From Halocafeteria seosinensis (taxonomy: Eukaryota): DNA of 64,000 nucleotides. This document shows positions 45,636 to 59,624 of the stretch, piece after piece. A model generated the notes under the pieces. That model had not been told where the DNA came from. It worked only from the letters and a program-made list of their open reading frames with translations, and did no database searches. The number at the start of each line of letters is the position of its first letter. The first letter of the stretch is position 1. The stretch lies in the NCBI GenBank assembly GCA_001687465.1, contig LVLI01000020.1:1-64000 (forward strand), in the 5' to 3' direction. A program made the position numbers and the translations under genes.

Positions 45636-48600
45636 ATGGCGAGCTCGATGGCACCACCTATCAACGTCCGGAGTGTGATTAATCTCCCTTCTCTGGGCGT
45701 GAAGGCGGATGATATCTCCTTTAAGACGCTTTCTCTAGCATCTGATAAAGCTGTCTGCTTGAGGGAGACCTCGGATCCAAAACAGGTATCTATTCTAGAC
45801 CTCTCTTCGGGCCAATTCGTCCATAGGGTACAGGCAGGGACTGATGGAGCTGCGTTGACACCAAACACGAGGACTTTAGCAGTCCGAGGTATGTAGTGGC
45901 ATCTTTACTGTCCAAATTCTTGAGTCTTCTGACATGAGTATGTGCCGGCCACAGTGGGAGGAGCACTGCAATTGCAAAATATGGAATCCAATAAGAAGCT
46001 TAAAGGGACTAAAATGCCAGCAGATGACCCAGTGGTCTTCATGAAGTGGGTTAACGACAGCATCCTTGGCATTGTTACAGAGAATAGCGTGTATCACTGG
46101 AGCGTTGATGGTAGTGGCTCCCCGGAGAAAATGTTCGACCGCCATAACAATCTGAGCGATTGTAAGATGATTATCGACTATTCTGCGAGCAGTGATCTGA
46201 AATGGCTGATGTTAGTAGGATTGGCCGTAAAAGACGGGACTCCTGAGGGACGTATGCAACTCTACTCCGTGGAACGCAAGGTGTCGCAGCCCTTACCGGC
46301 GTTTGCGGGTTGCTTCACGCAATTGAAGCCCCCAGGACGCTCTGACAACGCCAACCTCTTTTGTTTTGTTCAACGGAAACCCGGTGAAAACCTGAAGGTA
46401 AGACTATTAGTTGAATTTTTGTCGTGGTTTCGCCGATACCAAGAGGTGGTCCGAACGTGCAGCTTCAAGTTATCGAGGTGGGAAGAGGGAAGGACAGTCC
46501 CGGTGAGGCGTTCCGTGTAGGACCTGTTGATTTACCTGTTCCTTCTGATGCTGCGGGCGATTTCCCAGTCACACTGCATTGCAGTCGGAAGAATGATTTG
46601 ATTTACGTGCTTTCGAAGAGTGGATATGTTTATGTATTTGACATGCACACAGGGGGAGCAGTGGCTCGTGAAAGAGTGTCGAGTGATTCTCCAATTTTCA
46701 CGTCTGCTGTACATGAAGCCTCTGGAGGAGTGCTGGCGGTGACAACCAAGACAGGGCGTGTGCAACTGATCACAATAGACGAGAAGAACGTTGTGTCTTA
46801 CGTGTCCAACAAGCTGAACAACACTGACCTAGCAATGCAGCTTGCTGGACGACTGGGAGCACAGGGAGCGGATGAACTGTTCGTTAAGCAGTTCAACGAC
46901 AAAATTGCTGCTGGGGATATCGATGGTGCTGCGCGAGTGGCAGCGGAAAGCCCGGGTACAACACTGCGCAACAAGGAAACAATCAACAAGATCCAGAATA
47001 TGCCAGCCCAACAAGGGCAACAGAAGCCAGTTGCTAAATATTTCTCTGTGTTGATGCAACACGGGAGACTGAACGCCATTGAGACTGCCGAACTGGCCAG
47101 AGTGGTGCTGGCCCAGGGTCGTGCCGAATTGCTGCAGAAGTGGATGCGCGAAGACAAGATTACTCCTTCTGAAGAGTTAGGAGACCTTGTACAGAGGTTT
47201 GATCCAAACTTGGCCCTGGAAATGTATCAGAGTAGTGGGCAATCCCACGAGAAGGTTATCAACTGCTATATGGCTGCTGGTGACTATGATAAGATAATCC
47301 CTTATGCCCGTCGTAATGGATACAATCCGAACTATGAAGGCATTCTCGATAACCTCATTAAGACTGATCCATCTGCCGCACAGAACTTTGCTACGCAACT
47401 GGTCAAGGCAGAGGGTGGCTCTTTAATTGGAATAGAGCAGGCGATGGATAAGTTCCGCCGGTCTAATAGATTGAGGGAATGCACAGGCTTTTTGTTGGAC
47501 GTTCTTGATGGTGACAGACGAGACCAAGCTCAACTCCAGACGAAACTTCTGGAGATGAACCTGTCTGGAGGTGATCCTCAAACAGCTGACTACATCCTTG
47601 GATCTGATAATTTCCATCATTTCGATCGTCCGCACATCGCGAAATTGTGTGAGCGTGCTGGTCTCTTTCAAAGGGCTTTGGAGCTTTACGAAGACTTAAA
47701 CGACATCAAGCGCTGTTTACGGAATACTGCGCGTTTGTCTCAAGACTTTCTCGTTAAGTACTTCGGCAACCTTTCGGCAGAAGACGCCATCGATTGCCTC
47801 AAAGAATTGATGCAAACAAGGTCTAACGAGCCTCTCGTTATCAAGATTTCTCAAGAGTATGCCGAACAGCTCGGTGAAGACGCGCTGATTGATATCTTCG
47901 TCCAGCATGAGAGCTGGAATGGGTTGTTTTACTTCCTGGGAGCAATTGTGAACAACAGCGAAAACCCGAATGTCCATTTCCGTTACATTCAAGCTGCGGC
48001 CAAGTGCAAGCAATTGAAAGAAGTCGAGAGGGTCTGTCGAGATTCCAAGGTCTATGATCCTGAGGAGGTCAAAAACTTCTTGATGGAGATTCAACTTCCG
48101 GATCCCCGACCGTTTATCCACGTATGCGATAAGCATGGCTACCTCGATGAAATGACAACCTACTTGTATAATAATAATCTCAAGCGCTTCATTGAGGTGT
48201 ATGTATCAAAGGTGTCTCCACAGAAGGCTCCAGCTGTCATTGGCAGGCTTCTGGATTTAGATGCCGACGAGGACTTTGTGAAGAAATGTCTGGAACTCTG
48301 CCGCAACGAATGCCCTGTTTCGGATCTGGTCATTGAGGTTGAGAAGCGAAACCGCCTCCGTCTTCTTCAGCCATGGTTGGAATCGAAAGTTTCGGAGGGA
48401 AACACCGATGCATCAACACACAACGCTCTTGGAAAGATCTATGTTACGCTTAACAAGGAGCCTCAACAGTTCCTTACCACTAACCAGTTTTACGACTCGC
48501 GCGAACTTGGGGCCTACTGTGAAAAGCTTGACCCTTACCTTGCGTTCCTCGCGTATAAGAGAGCTGGAGGAGACTGTGACGAAGAACTGCTGGATGTAAC

Positions 48601-50935
48601 GAACAAGAACGGACTTTTCAAAGACCAAGCACGGTACCTGGTAGAAAAACAGGACATGGAGTTATGGGCGCGGGTGCTTAATGATGATAACCCGTACCGG
48701 AAACAACTTATCGATCAGGTGGTTTCAACGGCACTTCCAGAAACGGACGATGCGGACAGTGTTTCCGTGACTGTAAAGGCGTTCATGCAAGCCAAATTGC
48801 CGTCGGAGCTGATAGGCTTATTGGAGAAACTGGTTATTCATGGAGATGTATTCAGTAACTACACGAACTTGCAAAACCTTTTAATCATTACAGCTATCAA
48901 GTGCAGCAACATGCAGGATGCTCCGCAGGACCGTGTGATGGACTATATTCACCGCCTCGACAATTTCGATGGCTCGAGCATCGCGGAAATTGCTCTGCGA
49001 GAAAACTACCAACTGTATGAAGAAGCATTTGCTATCTACAAGAAGTTTTCCGAACACGAAAAGGCCGTAGATGTATTAATTGACCATATCGAAAATTTGG
49101 ACCGTGCCCATGAGTACGCGGAACGTGTGGACACAAAGCATGTATGGGCGAAGTTGGCGAAAGCGCAGTTGGACGCCGGTATGGTTAAAGATAGTGTCAG
49201 TAGCTATATCAAGGCTGATGATGCGACGAACTACAAAGAAGTCATTGATGTTGCCAAAAACGAAGGTGATTACGAGAATCTTGCTAAATATTTGGAGATG
49301 GCTCGAAAGAAAAAGAAAGAGAAAACCATTGACAGTGCGCTGGTCTATGCCTATTCTCAAACCAACCGTTTGGGGGATTTGGAGACTTTCATTACGTCAC
49401 CCAACGTTGCGGATATCCAAGAAGTGGGTGACCAATGCTTTGAAGAAGGCCTTTACAAAGCTGCCAAGTCGCTGTTCGCTAATGCGCACAATAATGCCAA
49501 ACTAGCAAGTACCCTCGTCCGCTTAGGTGAATATCAGGAAGCCGTTGACGCAGCCATCAAGGCCAATAGTATGAGGTCAATGTGCGACGTCAATGCTGCC
49601 TGCGTCGAAGCCCGTGAATTCAGGCTGGCTCAGAAAGTAGCTCTGCGTGTCATAAATAGTCCTGATTATCTCGACGAAATCGTCGCGCACTATGAAAAAG
49701 GTGGTCATTTTGACGAGGTGATTGAGGTGTTGGAAATGGGTTCATCCAGTGACCAGGCTCACCAGGGAGTATTTACACAATTAGGTGTCTTATACAGTCG
49801 CTACCGACCTGAAAAGCTTATGGAACATATCAAGCTCTTCTGGTCTCGAATCAACGTCTCCAGATTGATGAGGGCTTGCGAAGAAGGACGGCACTGGGAC
49901 GAAGCAGCCTTCCTGCAAATTCAGGCGGAAGAGTACGACACAGCGGTGCAGATTATGATGGAGCACTCCCCTGTAGCTTTCAACCATGATCAGTTTGTTG
50001 ACATAATTAGTAGGGTCAGAAACAATGAGCTTCTCTACCGCGCTGTCCAGTTCTATTTGGAAGAGGAACCGATGCGGTTGGAGAAACTGTTACAAATATT
50101 GAAGAAGAAGCTAGATCATGCCCGAGTTGTGCACCTTGTTCGTAAGAGTGGCCATGACAACCTTGCTCTGATCTTGTCTTATCTCAAGAGCATCCAAGAT
50201 CAAAATATTTCCGCGGTAAACGAGGCTGTTAATCAAATAATGATCGATGATGAAGACTACCACGGACTTAGAGAGAGCATCGAGAACCATGACAATTTTG
50301 ATCATCTGGACCTTGCTAAGTTTTTGGAGAAACACGAACTGCTTGAATTCCGTCGTATCGCAGCTGCCTTATACCGCCAGAATAAGAGATACGAACATTC
50401 GATCAATCTCTCAAAGAGCGATAACATGTATAAAGATGCTATCGAGACAGCAGCAGCTAGCGAAGACAGCGCTTTATGCGACGACCTGATCCGGTTCTTT
50501 ATGGAACAGAAAGACAAGGAGAGTTTCGCTGCCACATTGTATACTTGCTATAACCTTGTATCTCCGGATGTTGCTTTGGAATTAGGATGGAGGAATCGTG
50601 TACTGGACTATGTTATGCCGTATATGGTCCAATATCTCAAGGACGCGAATGGTCGCCTGAACGAACTATATAATCAGAAGAAGAAGAGTGAAAAATCAGC
50701 CACTGAAGACACCTCATCAATGGATGCCCATGCATATATGATGAATCCTGATGTACATATGCTTGCCAATGAGGCATACAACCCGAACATGCACCCACAC
50801 CATGCTAATCCCTATGCACCTCCTGTACCGCCTTACGGACAAGCTTACGGTGCACCACCGCAGCAACCAGGGTACGGGTATGGAGCCCCGCAGGACGCTG
50901 ATGTCTACACGATGCATGGGGCTGTGCCTTACTAA
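45636..50935 (+). CDS. CLTC: Clathrin heavy chain; introns 45889-45952 and 46398-46462
   Basis: GRMQLYSVERKVSQ, DFPV, LQTKLLEMNL, CERAGLFQRALE, EVEKRNRLRLL, LQNLLIITAIK, HELLEFRRIAA. Confidence 0.98.
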
Positions 50936-51165
50936 GAATAGGAAAGAGTAGTGATGTCAAACGATTCGATTTTGAAGCGAATACGATGTTAGAAATTTTT
51001 GGCGAAACTGAAAAATATAAAACAACCAATGTATATTAGCGCTTCATCATAGTTGAAGTACATATCCCAGTACTGGTGCGCTGCGAGACTGCAGTGCCAG
51101 TTAGTAGTTACCATTCAGATGCGTTTTGTTCCCCAGCTGTAGCTCGTTGCCCCCAGTAAAGCGTT

Positions 51166-51937
51166 ATGATTCTTCTCTATTTATCATATATTGTAGTGCT
51201 GTTTGCTTTGGCGCAGTATGGAGACGCCAGATACCCGAATCCTGTACCTCCTGGTTTCTCCGTTGACACTCGAGGCTTATATAAGAGGTAAATGAACTTT
51301 TTCTCGTTTGTGACCCGTTGTATTATGAGTACCTGGATGAGTTTTTACACAGAATTAAACCCAATGGAGAGTGTGAAAGCGTTTTGTTGGAAAAAGAGCA
51401 GGCCACTCTCCGTATTTTCGATGAAAATATCCAAAGAATTCCAGGGACAATTCACCGGCCGACAATAGTTTTTTTCTCTCCTTTATCGTCCACTTACCAA
51501 ATTGATGGACCGAATACAGGTTTCCTCAAAATGAGAGGAACAGCTCGACGAGGCCAGGCCTCTTTCGTGTCGTGTATTTTTCTGAGAGTAAGTTGATTGC
51601 GCATTGTTCGCGAGTACGCTCATGTTAACCAATGTCGATGATGCAGTCTTTTGAGGAAACTGATGGAAATGCGCAACTCCAACGCCACATTGATCTTCGC
51701 CGAAGTGTCCTTGACGGAGACTGTATTGAAGATGATGACGTAGGGACGCAGACGATTTTTGAAAACACGGATACAGATTGTGATGGGGTCACTATACCAC
51801 AACGGCAACATCTAACGAAAGAAGAACTTATTAGTAAACAGAACTATGACGGGGCAGTTCCGACTCTCCTATGGAATCTTCCCTTAGCAATCACACTGAG
51901 TCTAGCTGTTGTCATTTTATCAGTAACTAGAAGCTAG
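51166..51937 (+). CDS. Hypothetical secreted/surface protein (signal peptide plus C-terminal hydrophobic, GPI-like tail); 2 introns
   Basis: MILLYLSYIVVLFALAQYG... joined in frame through two GT-AG introns to ...NLPLAITLSLAVVILSVTRS*. Confidence 0.65.
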
Positions 51938-54900
51938 CGGCCGGGAGAGTCTGTGTCACGTCGTCTACGACCAAAGTGACGACTGGAAGGACGCTGGGCC
52001 TTTCCAGCGATCTGTTGCTCACGAGGCGTATCACTGCTCTTACTTGTTGAACAACTGGAAGATGGGCGCTCCAAACCACTACAATCAGTTTCTTGGAACA
52101 GTCTTACTTGTTTTAGTTGTGTGCGCGGAAGTGTAGAGGTGCTAGCCGATGCAGGCCGCCGCAGAAGAGATGGATTGTCGGATGGGGGATTGGAGGTATG
52201 AACGTCTTCTCCATTCTCTGCTGGTTCCCCCGACCTAGAATACCTTAACGCAGCCGCTAAAACACCACTTCGAGGTCCTGCGCTCTGCGTGTCTGCTGAA
52301 CTCCTTGACGTTTGCGGTTCGGTATCGTCTTCCATTTTAGCGTCTTCCTCCGTTCGAGAGGAGTTGACGGATTTTCTGGAGCTTCCTCGCTTGAGTTGTG
52401 TAGCAAATTGCATATATTTCGACAGCGAAAGATTCTTATGGACCTTTGACGTCTCAACAGAGGGCATTGTGGTAGACGTCGCGTTTTCCTCTCGAGAGTT
52501 TTGAGCAGCCTCGCGGAAAACAGATTCCATCAGTCGATTCACGGTTGAGTCGATGTCGTTGGCATCACTCTCAGATATTTCTGTCGAAAACGTGTTCGGT
52601 GCCGTGGGGGCATTGGGGATATGGTTTTGATTGAACTCTTCTTCCTGTTGCATGTCACCGTCGCTCCCAGCATCGGATTCTTCTTTCGAGTCCAAATTGT
52701 AGTCCATCTCGACAGGTTGTTCCCCTATCGGGGTTGCCTCGCGTTCACCCACCTTCCGCGATTCTTGGGAAACCACCTCCTTTTGGGTAGCCATTACCTT
52801 CTCCCTGATCGCTTGAATAGTTTCGCCCTCACGTTTGGCAATATCTCGGTATTCATTGACGGCTGACTCCGATGAATCATCTCCTCTAATCGCTCCATCG
52901 ATCAAATCTAACCTTCGACTACGCATATCGCGAAGCCTGTTCAGCGTTTCCCGGACATCTTGCTCATCACTCACGGCTCTTTCAAAATCCACTTCGACGC
53001 TCGTTGAATTTTCACCGAGCTTCTTCCTTCGACTTTTTGGGCGGTCTTGTGACGTGCTAGACGATGGTCCGATATCATTAACGCGCTTGGCCAGTCTTTC
53101 CATTTCAGCTTTTCTGGTATTTGTCTTCCTAAAGTTATGCGCCGATATCCTAAATGGTTTCGCAGAAGCCATATGTTCAGTAGCCTCTGTGGCTCTCGAC
53201 GATAGCGCAGATTTTGTTTCTTCGATGCTCCGCCGTATCTTGTCGACTTCCTGTTGATCGACTTTCGGCGGGTCGGACGACATCTCCGTATTAGAAGGAA
53301 GGCTGATCTCGGTATCCACATTTTCATTGTGTTTTTCCTGCTCTTCGTCATCTTTGTGTTCGTCTGTACCAAGTTCTACCTCCGTCTGCAGTTCAAACTC
53401 GTTTACAAACAGGAGATAGGGGAAGTAGGAGCGGTATCTACTTTCAATATTAGCTGTTTCTTTAGTCGACAGATCAATATCAGCTTGAAGAGATCGAAGC
53501 ACCTTAAGTGGAGAAAGACCATCCAGGAGGCACCCTTCATCCCTACAATCAATGTTATTTGATGATACATCAAGTTCGGAAGTATTTGGGAACAACTTGG
53601 GCAATAAGGAAGCATCGGATAGCAAATTACCAGCAAGGGACAGAGACGAAACGCTGTAGCAACTTGAGCAGTGGGCGAGGGTCGCATCGTCTAAGGAACA
53701 ACGTTCTAGTGATAGTATTTCCAACGATTTAAGAGCATTGAGCTTCCTGAGGTTCTTTATCGGGTTGTCATCCAGTTCCAGTTCCTCCAAATTGCCGCAG
53801 AACACAATTTCTTCTATCGAAGAAATCCCACAACTAGAGGCTTTCAAGACACGCAAGTTCTTCAACGATCCAAGCCCCTGTGCCACACAAGTGCGATAAG
53901 AATTTGCAGTACCTACGTTGTTGCAGGCATGAGCATCCACACGTACCTTCATATCCGAAAGTGGATTGCTGCTGATATTCAAATATTTCAGGGACTGCAT
54001 ATATCGCAAAAACTCAACACCCGTTAAACGATTCCCATCGATCCTGAGCGTCGACAGTCGGGATAAGTTCCGCCGCAAATTGATACCCTTAATTTGGTTA
54101 AGTTGTAGATATAGCTCCTCTAATAGTCGGTTGCTGCAGGCTCACCCGAAGCATTAACAACATCCAGCCAGCACTTAGGGCAGCAACAGCCGAGAATCAC
54201 TCACTCTTCAATTTTGCTAACTGATTCGATGTTATTGTTAAACAAGAATGCTTTTCTAAGAGCCTTATATTGTTGAATTCCATCCAAACTCGCAATTTCA
54301 TTAGATGCCAAATCTAAAACGTCTGCCCTAGCACACTGAGGGAAGGAACGCAATAGAGTAAGTACACGATCAAAGAAATCCATTCCAAGAGGATGCTCAG
54401 TTAACTCACTTCTTCGTCAGTAGGAATAGAACATAGCCCTTCGCAACGTCTTGAAATCTGATGGTATACTGTTGGAGAGGCCGCCATAGCCGCCGGTGTC
54501 GTAGGTTCACTGCTCGCAGGTCCTTTGCTTTGTGTGCCAGCAGCGTTCGTGTTTCGGAAGGGATCATTTTCTGCTTCTTTACTCTCCGTCTGGCCCCTTT
54601 TATGGCCGTGTGAAGGAGGCCTGGATTTGTCCGAAAGACCTTGTTTACGTGATTTCCCATGAGTGTGAGATCCTTCTGTGATGGGAACGAAGCTGTTTTC
54701 CTTATTGTTCACTTTATCTAGAGCCTTGGCGGTAGCAGGAATGGATAACACATCTTCTGAAATCTGACCCATGTCCATCTGATCCTGTTTATCTCTGCTA
54801 GCGTTCTTGGAAAGCTTGTGTCTCGAGAGGGACCATTTCAAACCGCGGCTGGAGGAAGCCGTGGAAGTAGGGCCCTGGTTCTTTCCTCCTCCATTCCTGG

Positions 54901-54946
54901 CTCCTATTCTAGTGTGGGGAGCCGGTGGTGTAGGGGAAGTACTCAT
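51934..54946 (-). CDS. SDS22-like leucine-rich-repeat protein with disordered termini; about 3 introns
   Basis: Repeated LxxLxLxxNxI units (LDLASNEI, LYLQLNQI, LRIDGNRL, LELDDNPI). Confidence 0.85.
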
Positions 54947-55980
54947 GGTTACTGTCTGCTGTCCTCAAAACTATAGACAACGCATGAAGCATAGGAAACA
55001 CTGAACTTCAAGAAGGAAGCTAAGCGTTTAGAACTATCTTCAAGTTTAAGTTTTCAACGTTGAACATTTTTTAGACCGCAGTCGCAGTGCAGTGTGTGGT
55101 ACGATATATGACGTCAATCAATAAATATAATACGGCATCAAACATAGTAAAAATGTTGCGCACGAGCGATACACCTAAGAATAAGAGCTTTATCGTCGAT
55201 GCAATTCCGGACCAATTGGAATTCTGAATTTGAACCATCTTGCTTTTCCAAAGAGAACCGATATCCATACAGTGTGTATTCAATTTTAACTGTAGTAAGT
55301 GCCCGTTAGCCGAGGCTACGCCTTTCCTCATACGCTGTATTGGAGATTACAACTAAATGCAACCACAGGTCTCCTTTCATGCATCAGGACACAGAAAAGA
55401 AATTAATTATCATACTTTCATCACTAGTTCATGCTTTAATTATCTAAGCTAGGCTAAAAGTGGGGCTAACTGTTATCCTGTTATACAGTACAGTTGTTGT
55501 ACCACAATACTTCCCTATCCCATATACACTCTTCCCTTCGGTGCAACCAGGAGGAAATGGGAGTGTTGCCTTTGTTGTAGCGCGAAGATACGCCGAACGT
55601 ATTTTTCCTAACGTTGGATGCACGAGCTTCAGCCGATAAGAAATACCCAAACCTTGTACCACTACCGTTACAAAGCCAGTTTATTTCGTATTTGTTGCTC
55701 TTTGCGTTCCCGAGATTCAAAGTCTACATACATACATATGTACGCGGTACAACCAGTCATATGTATAGTGTTGATCGTGAAGTGGCAAAGTTTTGGTTTG
55801 GAACAAACTGATACAATTGTACTGTTTCCAAGACTGACCAGATCATTCCGCCTTCACCAGGAAACGGTATATACAGTAACTCTGTTGCTTCCGCACGGCA
55901 GCTTGTACCAGTTGACTGTTGAATACACACACCACACACGTGTGGCCTGCTAAACACTGACCTATCTACGCAGTTCCAAA

Positions 55981-56040
55981 ATGCTGTATGAGCTGGAACC
56001 AGGCGAGATTACCATCGGCAGAGGTGCTCAACATGATATT
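55981..56040 (+). pseudogene. Possible FHA-domain N-terminal exon with no recognisable continuation
   Basis: MLYELEPGEITIGRGAQHDI, flanked by a CTGAC..CAG acceptor and a GTACGT donor. The downstream acceptors tried lead to early stops. Confidence 0.3.
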
Positions 56041-56660
56041 GTACGTATTCTCTACCAGTGTTTCTCACAGGGTGGGGGAAGGACGCTGTAATGTGTCATC
56101 GTATTGAGTGACGGACGCTTTCAAATCACGCGCTCAGTCTCTCGATCAAATGTTGGAAGAGGAAGAATGGGAAGACTAGATACTGAACGCAACGTGAGTT
56201 CATAACTCGTCTGATCTGAAGTGTTATTACTCCGGTTCAAAGATCCGGTATGTGCCGTTAATAAAGCTAAATGCCTCTGGTCCAGGGCTTGTTGCCTTGA
56301 GTGTAACACCGCAATTCTTCGCCGGCAAAGAGGACATACATAATTAACTTGTGCACCACCAGGAGGTCAAGAAGAAGAGGTGTTAGGCGATTTACAGGTT
56401 TTTAGACCAGTGTGCGTCGCTCAGTGTGCACCTTCCGCGAGACAGGTTTTCGTCTCTCCTCTTCGCAGTTCAAACGTCTACCATGATTGGCGGATGCGCA
56501 AACGTGAAATGCAGAGAATTCTTGACGTCGATTGTCGAAGATCAAAATATTACCCTCGTTCTTATCACGATGAGTCAAAAAATAACACCTGGCTACGTCG
56601 TCACGCTTCTTTGCTTAGTCATCTTCGCGTGGTGCATTGACCTAATTCAGCATGCATATA

Positions 56661-58919
56661 CTAGCCTCGTTCCTCCGACGAACTCTTGTTAAGATGGTTA
56701 ACTTCAGCGATTGCTCTGCTCAGCTGTTTGGCATATGAACCCAAAATAGTGGACAGGATGCAGAGACATGCAAACAACGATACCAAAGGCATGAAAAATA
56801 TAGAGGCCAACCGAGATACTCGAATGTCTTGGAAGCACATGTAAAGGACTGAGGCAACGGTCATAACAACGAGGAAGACAGACGTGCTATACCGGGTGAG
56901 CGAAGAAATCTGACCACGCTCTCCCAGTTGTTCCAGCACCATGGCGGATTTCCAGGACTTTCCTAGCAACCATGCGACGCAACAGTAGACCGTGAAAATT
57001 ATGAGAGTCAGATATGCACTCCATGATTGCAGTCTCGCAGGATTCAGGATACTATGCGGAGGCAGGAGGAACTCGGTTATTCCCCTGGAAGCGCTGTAGT
57101 CCATCCATGCTACATACCCAGTGATTACTACGAGGCAAAAGAATCTAAAAGACAGAGACCCATCACTCCTTCTTGACTTAACCACAATGACCTTTATGAA
57201 CCAAATCACAAGAACAAAGTTCACCAGGCCAACCAGACCTAAGGAGAAAGCGCTGGCCATTCGTCTCCATTCTTCGGAAGCAGTGCCCGGAAGAACCTTT
57301 TCTGGAACCGACATGAGCAGTAAAATAACGACACCTGACAAGACCGACAATGCAAGTGTAACACCCATTCGAACAACAGATGACACGCGCAACAATGAAT
57401 GCTTGGATAGAAGTAGTAACTCCGGATCCAATTGTGACTTCGGCCTGATGTGGGCTTCGTTAGGACGGTGGGGTGTCTCCGGATGGCCGCTTTCAAATTG
57501 TGTTTCTTGTTCTCCGTAATCTTCCCGGAGGTTCTCTTCCTCTACATCGTAATAAGAGAAAGGGGTACCACAGCTTTTAGAAGGGTCTCCGTCACTCAAC
57601 TCAGAAATGGAGTCCGTACTACGGCGTCGAGGCTGCATGTTTGCCGAGGATGTAGCTGCCTCAGAGTTCCCTTGGCAATAAGGGGCTTGTCCAAGAGCAA
57701 AGCAGGCACTGTTTCTCGGGCCCCTTGGAGCCTCATCGTTCAACGAAGGGAAGCAATGAAGAACCAGCCTTTGTTCTGGGCATGAATCATCTGAAAGCTC
57801 CAGTTGAAGCACTTCAAAGACAATAAAAATCCGAGCATCAGAAATCCGCCTTCTACTACGGATAGAATCACGGAGCTGATGCAACGCGTCTCTAACTTTG
57901 GAATGAAGGAGGTAACTGAAAATCCTAAAGAAAGAACCTTCAACGTTCTTCAACAACCTCGTCTGTATATCCTTAAGCCTTTCCTCTCTCAGCGCTGAGT
58001 GACCATCCTGCAAACACGTATCTCCGCTTAGCAATGCACGTGCAATACTCTTCCCATAAATTTTACAGGTTTGTGACACTTCTTCAGAGTTCGTGGACTG
58101 CACGTATTGCCACCCATCCAAATCATCGACGTGGATTGCAAGTCCTACTCTGCCCAAGCAGTGGGCATCTCGCAACTGTTGTTGGCGTAAGTCAATTTCA
58201 AGAAAACGTAGCCTAGTTTGAGAGCACTGTGGCTTCAATATCGGATATACACTGTCCTTAAAGGAATTCCTATCATGACCCCACATGCATAGAAATGGGG
58301 CCTCAAGCTTTCGCTCGTAGAATGCCCCAGAAAGTTTCCCCATTATTCGCATGGCTGCGTCCTGGAACGAAATTGTCTTGGGCGAAGATTCTTCGTGAGT
58401 GGTCGGTAATACCAAATCAGCGTGAGTGATAGTCTCATTGAGATTCTCTTCACCACCGAGACCACGAGTGCGGTTTCCATGCTGCGATTTCATCAACTGA
58501 GATCGGACTCTAGTACCTCCCCATTCGTTATACAAGGCTTGAGGCCACCATCTGGCATGGTGCTGAGAAGATAGCTCAGCCACAGGTTTGCATACAAAGC
58601 ATCGTTCAAAAAAGCTCTTGCTGATGGTATGCAGGGATTTGATGGGGGATGTGTCCTCTTGCTGTGGCAAGAAGAGAGTCATTGGATGTGGGCAATAAAG
58701 CGTGTAAAGACAACATTCCACGGGAGGGGCGATTTCGTCCTCCATTTGAACGCTCGGTGTGGTTCGACGCCGCTGTCGCTCTGCTGACGACGGTCCTCCA
58801 TCTGAAGCTGCCGCACCTACCGTACCACTCTGGTGGGCCCCCGTCACCGTTGCCATGTACTTACTGCTCCTCGGGAGAGCGTAATCCGCTGCATCAGGAC
58901 CAGAGTGCTCCTCTTCCAT
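56661..58919 (-). CDS. Hypothetical multi-pass membrane protein (long soluble N-terminus, about 6 C-terminal TMs)
   Basis: 752 aa ORF with hydrophobic helices in the last ~240 aa. No family recognised. Confidence 0.7.
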   Translation of the reverse strand: MEEEHSGPDAADYALPRSSKYMATVTGAHQSGTVGAAASDGGPSSAERQRRRTTPSVQMEDEIAPPVECCLYTLYCPHPMTLFLPQQEDTSPIKSLHTISKSFFERCFVCKPVAELSSQHHARWWPQALYNEWGGTRVRSQLMKSQHGNRTRGLGGEENLNETITHADLVLPTTHEESSPKTISFQDAAMRIMGKLSGAFYERKLEAPFLCMWGHDRNSFKDSVYPILKPQCSQTRLRFLEIDLRQQQLRDAHCLGRVGLAIHVDDLDGWQYVQSTNSEEVSQTCKIYGKSIARALLSGDTCLQDGHSALREERLKDIQTRLLKNVEGSFFRIFSYLLHSKVRDALHQLRDSIRSRRRISDARIFIVFEVLQLELSDDSCPEQRLVLHCFPSLNDEAPRGPRNSACFALGQAPYCQGNSEAATSSANMQPRRRSTDSISELSDGDPSKSCGTPFSYYDVEEENLREDYGEQETQFESGHPETPHRPNEAHIRPKSQLDPELLLLSKHSLLRVSSVVRMGVTLALSVLSGVVILLLMSVPEKVLPGTASEEWRRMASAFSLGLVGLVNFVLVIWFIKVIVVKSRRSDGSLSFRFFCLVVITGYVAWMDYSASRGITEFLLPPHSILNPARLQSWSAYLTLIIFTVYCCVAWLLGKSWKSAMVLEQLGERGQISSLTRYSTSVFLVVMTVASVLYMCFQDIRVSRLASIFFMPLVSLFACLCILSTILGSYAKQLSRAIAEVNHLNKSSSEERG

Positions 58920-59624
58920 TATGCTTGCCGTTGTCCTCCCTGTCTTCTATGCACTTGCACACGTATATGCCCTACTGAGAAGAACAGCCACAGTAGTCAC
59001 TGCATCTTTAAGCTGAATCCCTCTCATGCGTCAAAAAGATGTATAAGTCTGGCAATTAATAAGACACACCCTAATAAGCCATTGAATGCCGTTTAACCGT
59101 GAAGGTCTTTGTAGTCTTCCGGGACGACGGCCCGGATGTTCCAATAGCAGTTCTTGCTGTGCTGTTGTTAACAGCCTGTTGTGTGAGACACAATGTGAGT
59201 AATTGGTGTTGAGATTTCGTAGAACCCGAGAACCAGTCCAAGCGTGGAAAAATCGGATGCAAGTGCCTGCTGGAGCTTTCGTAGGTAGTAGCAACCTCCT
59301 AGACGCTCATTGAACCACATCCTCCCAAAATATACACCTTTACCCATTGACTTAATCAATGTTTCGTCGCTACAGAAATAACGTCCTAGTTCGGGTGCAT
59401 CAGCACCAAAATGCTCCCCTTTGCCTCTGACCAATCTGCTACAAAATCATTTGAAGTCTTCCGGGCCAAACGCCCGACTGTATCGCCCATTTAATACCAC
59501 ATATATGGTACTGTAATGAATGAATCATGATTTGCATCGTCGGGAATCTAATTTGGGTCGTTGTTCCTAGTGTGTGACTCTTTTTTTTTTGGTTTTGGTT
59601 TTGGTAGAAGCATCATTCACCACG

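Noticed and set aside
59580..59604. (TTTTGG)3 telomere-like run
   Set aside because: Only three units attached to a poly-T tract upstream of a gene.
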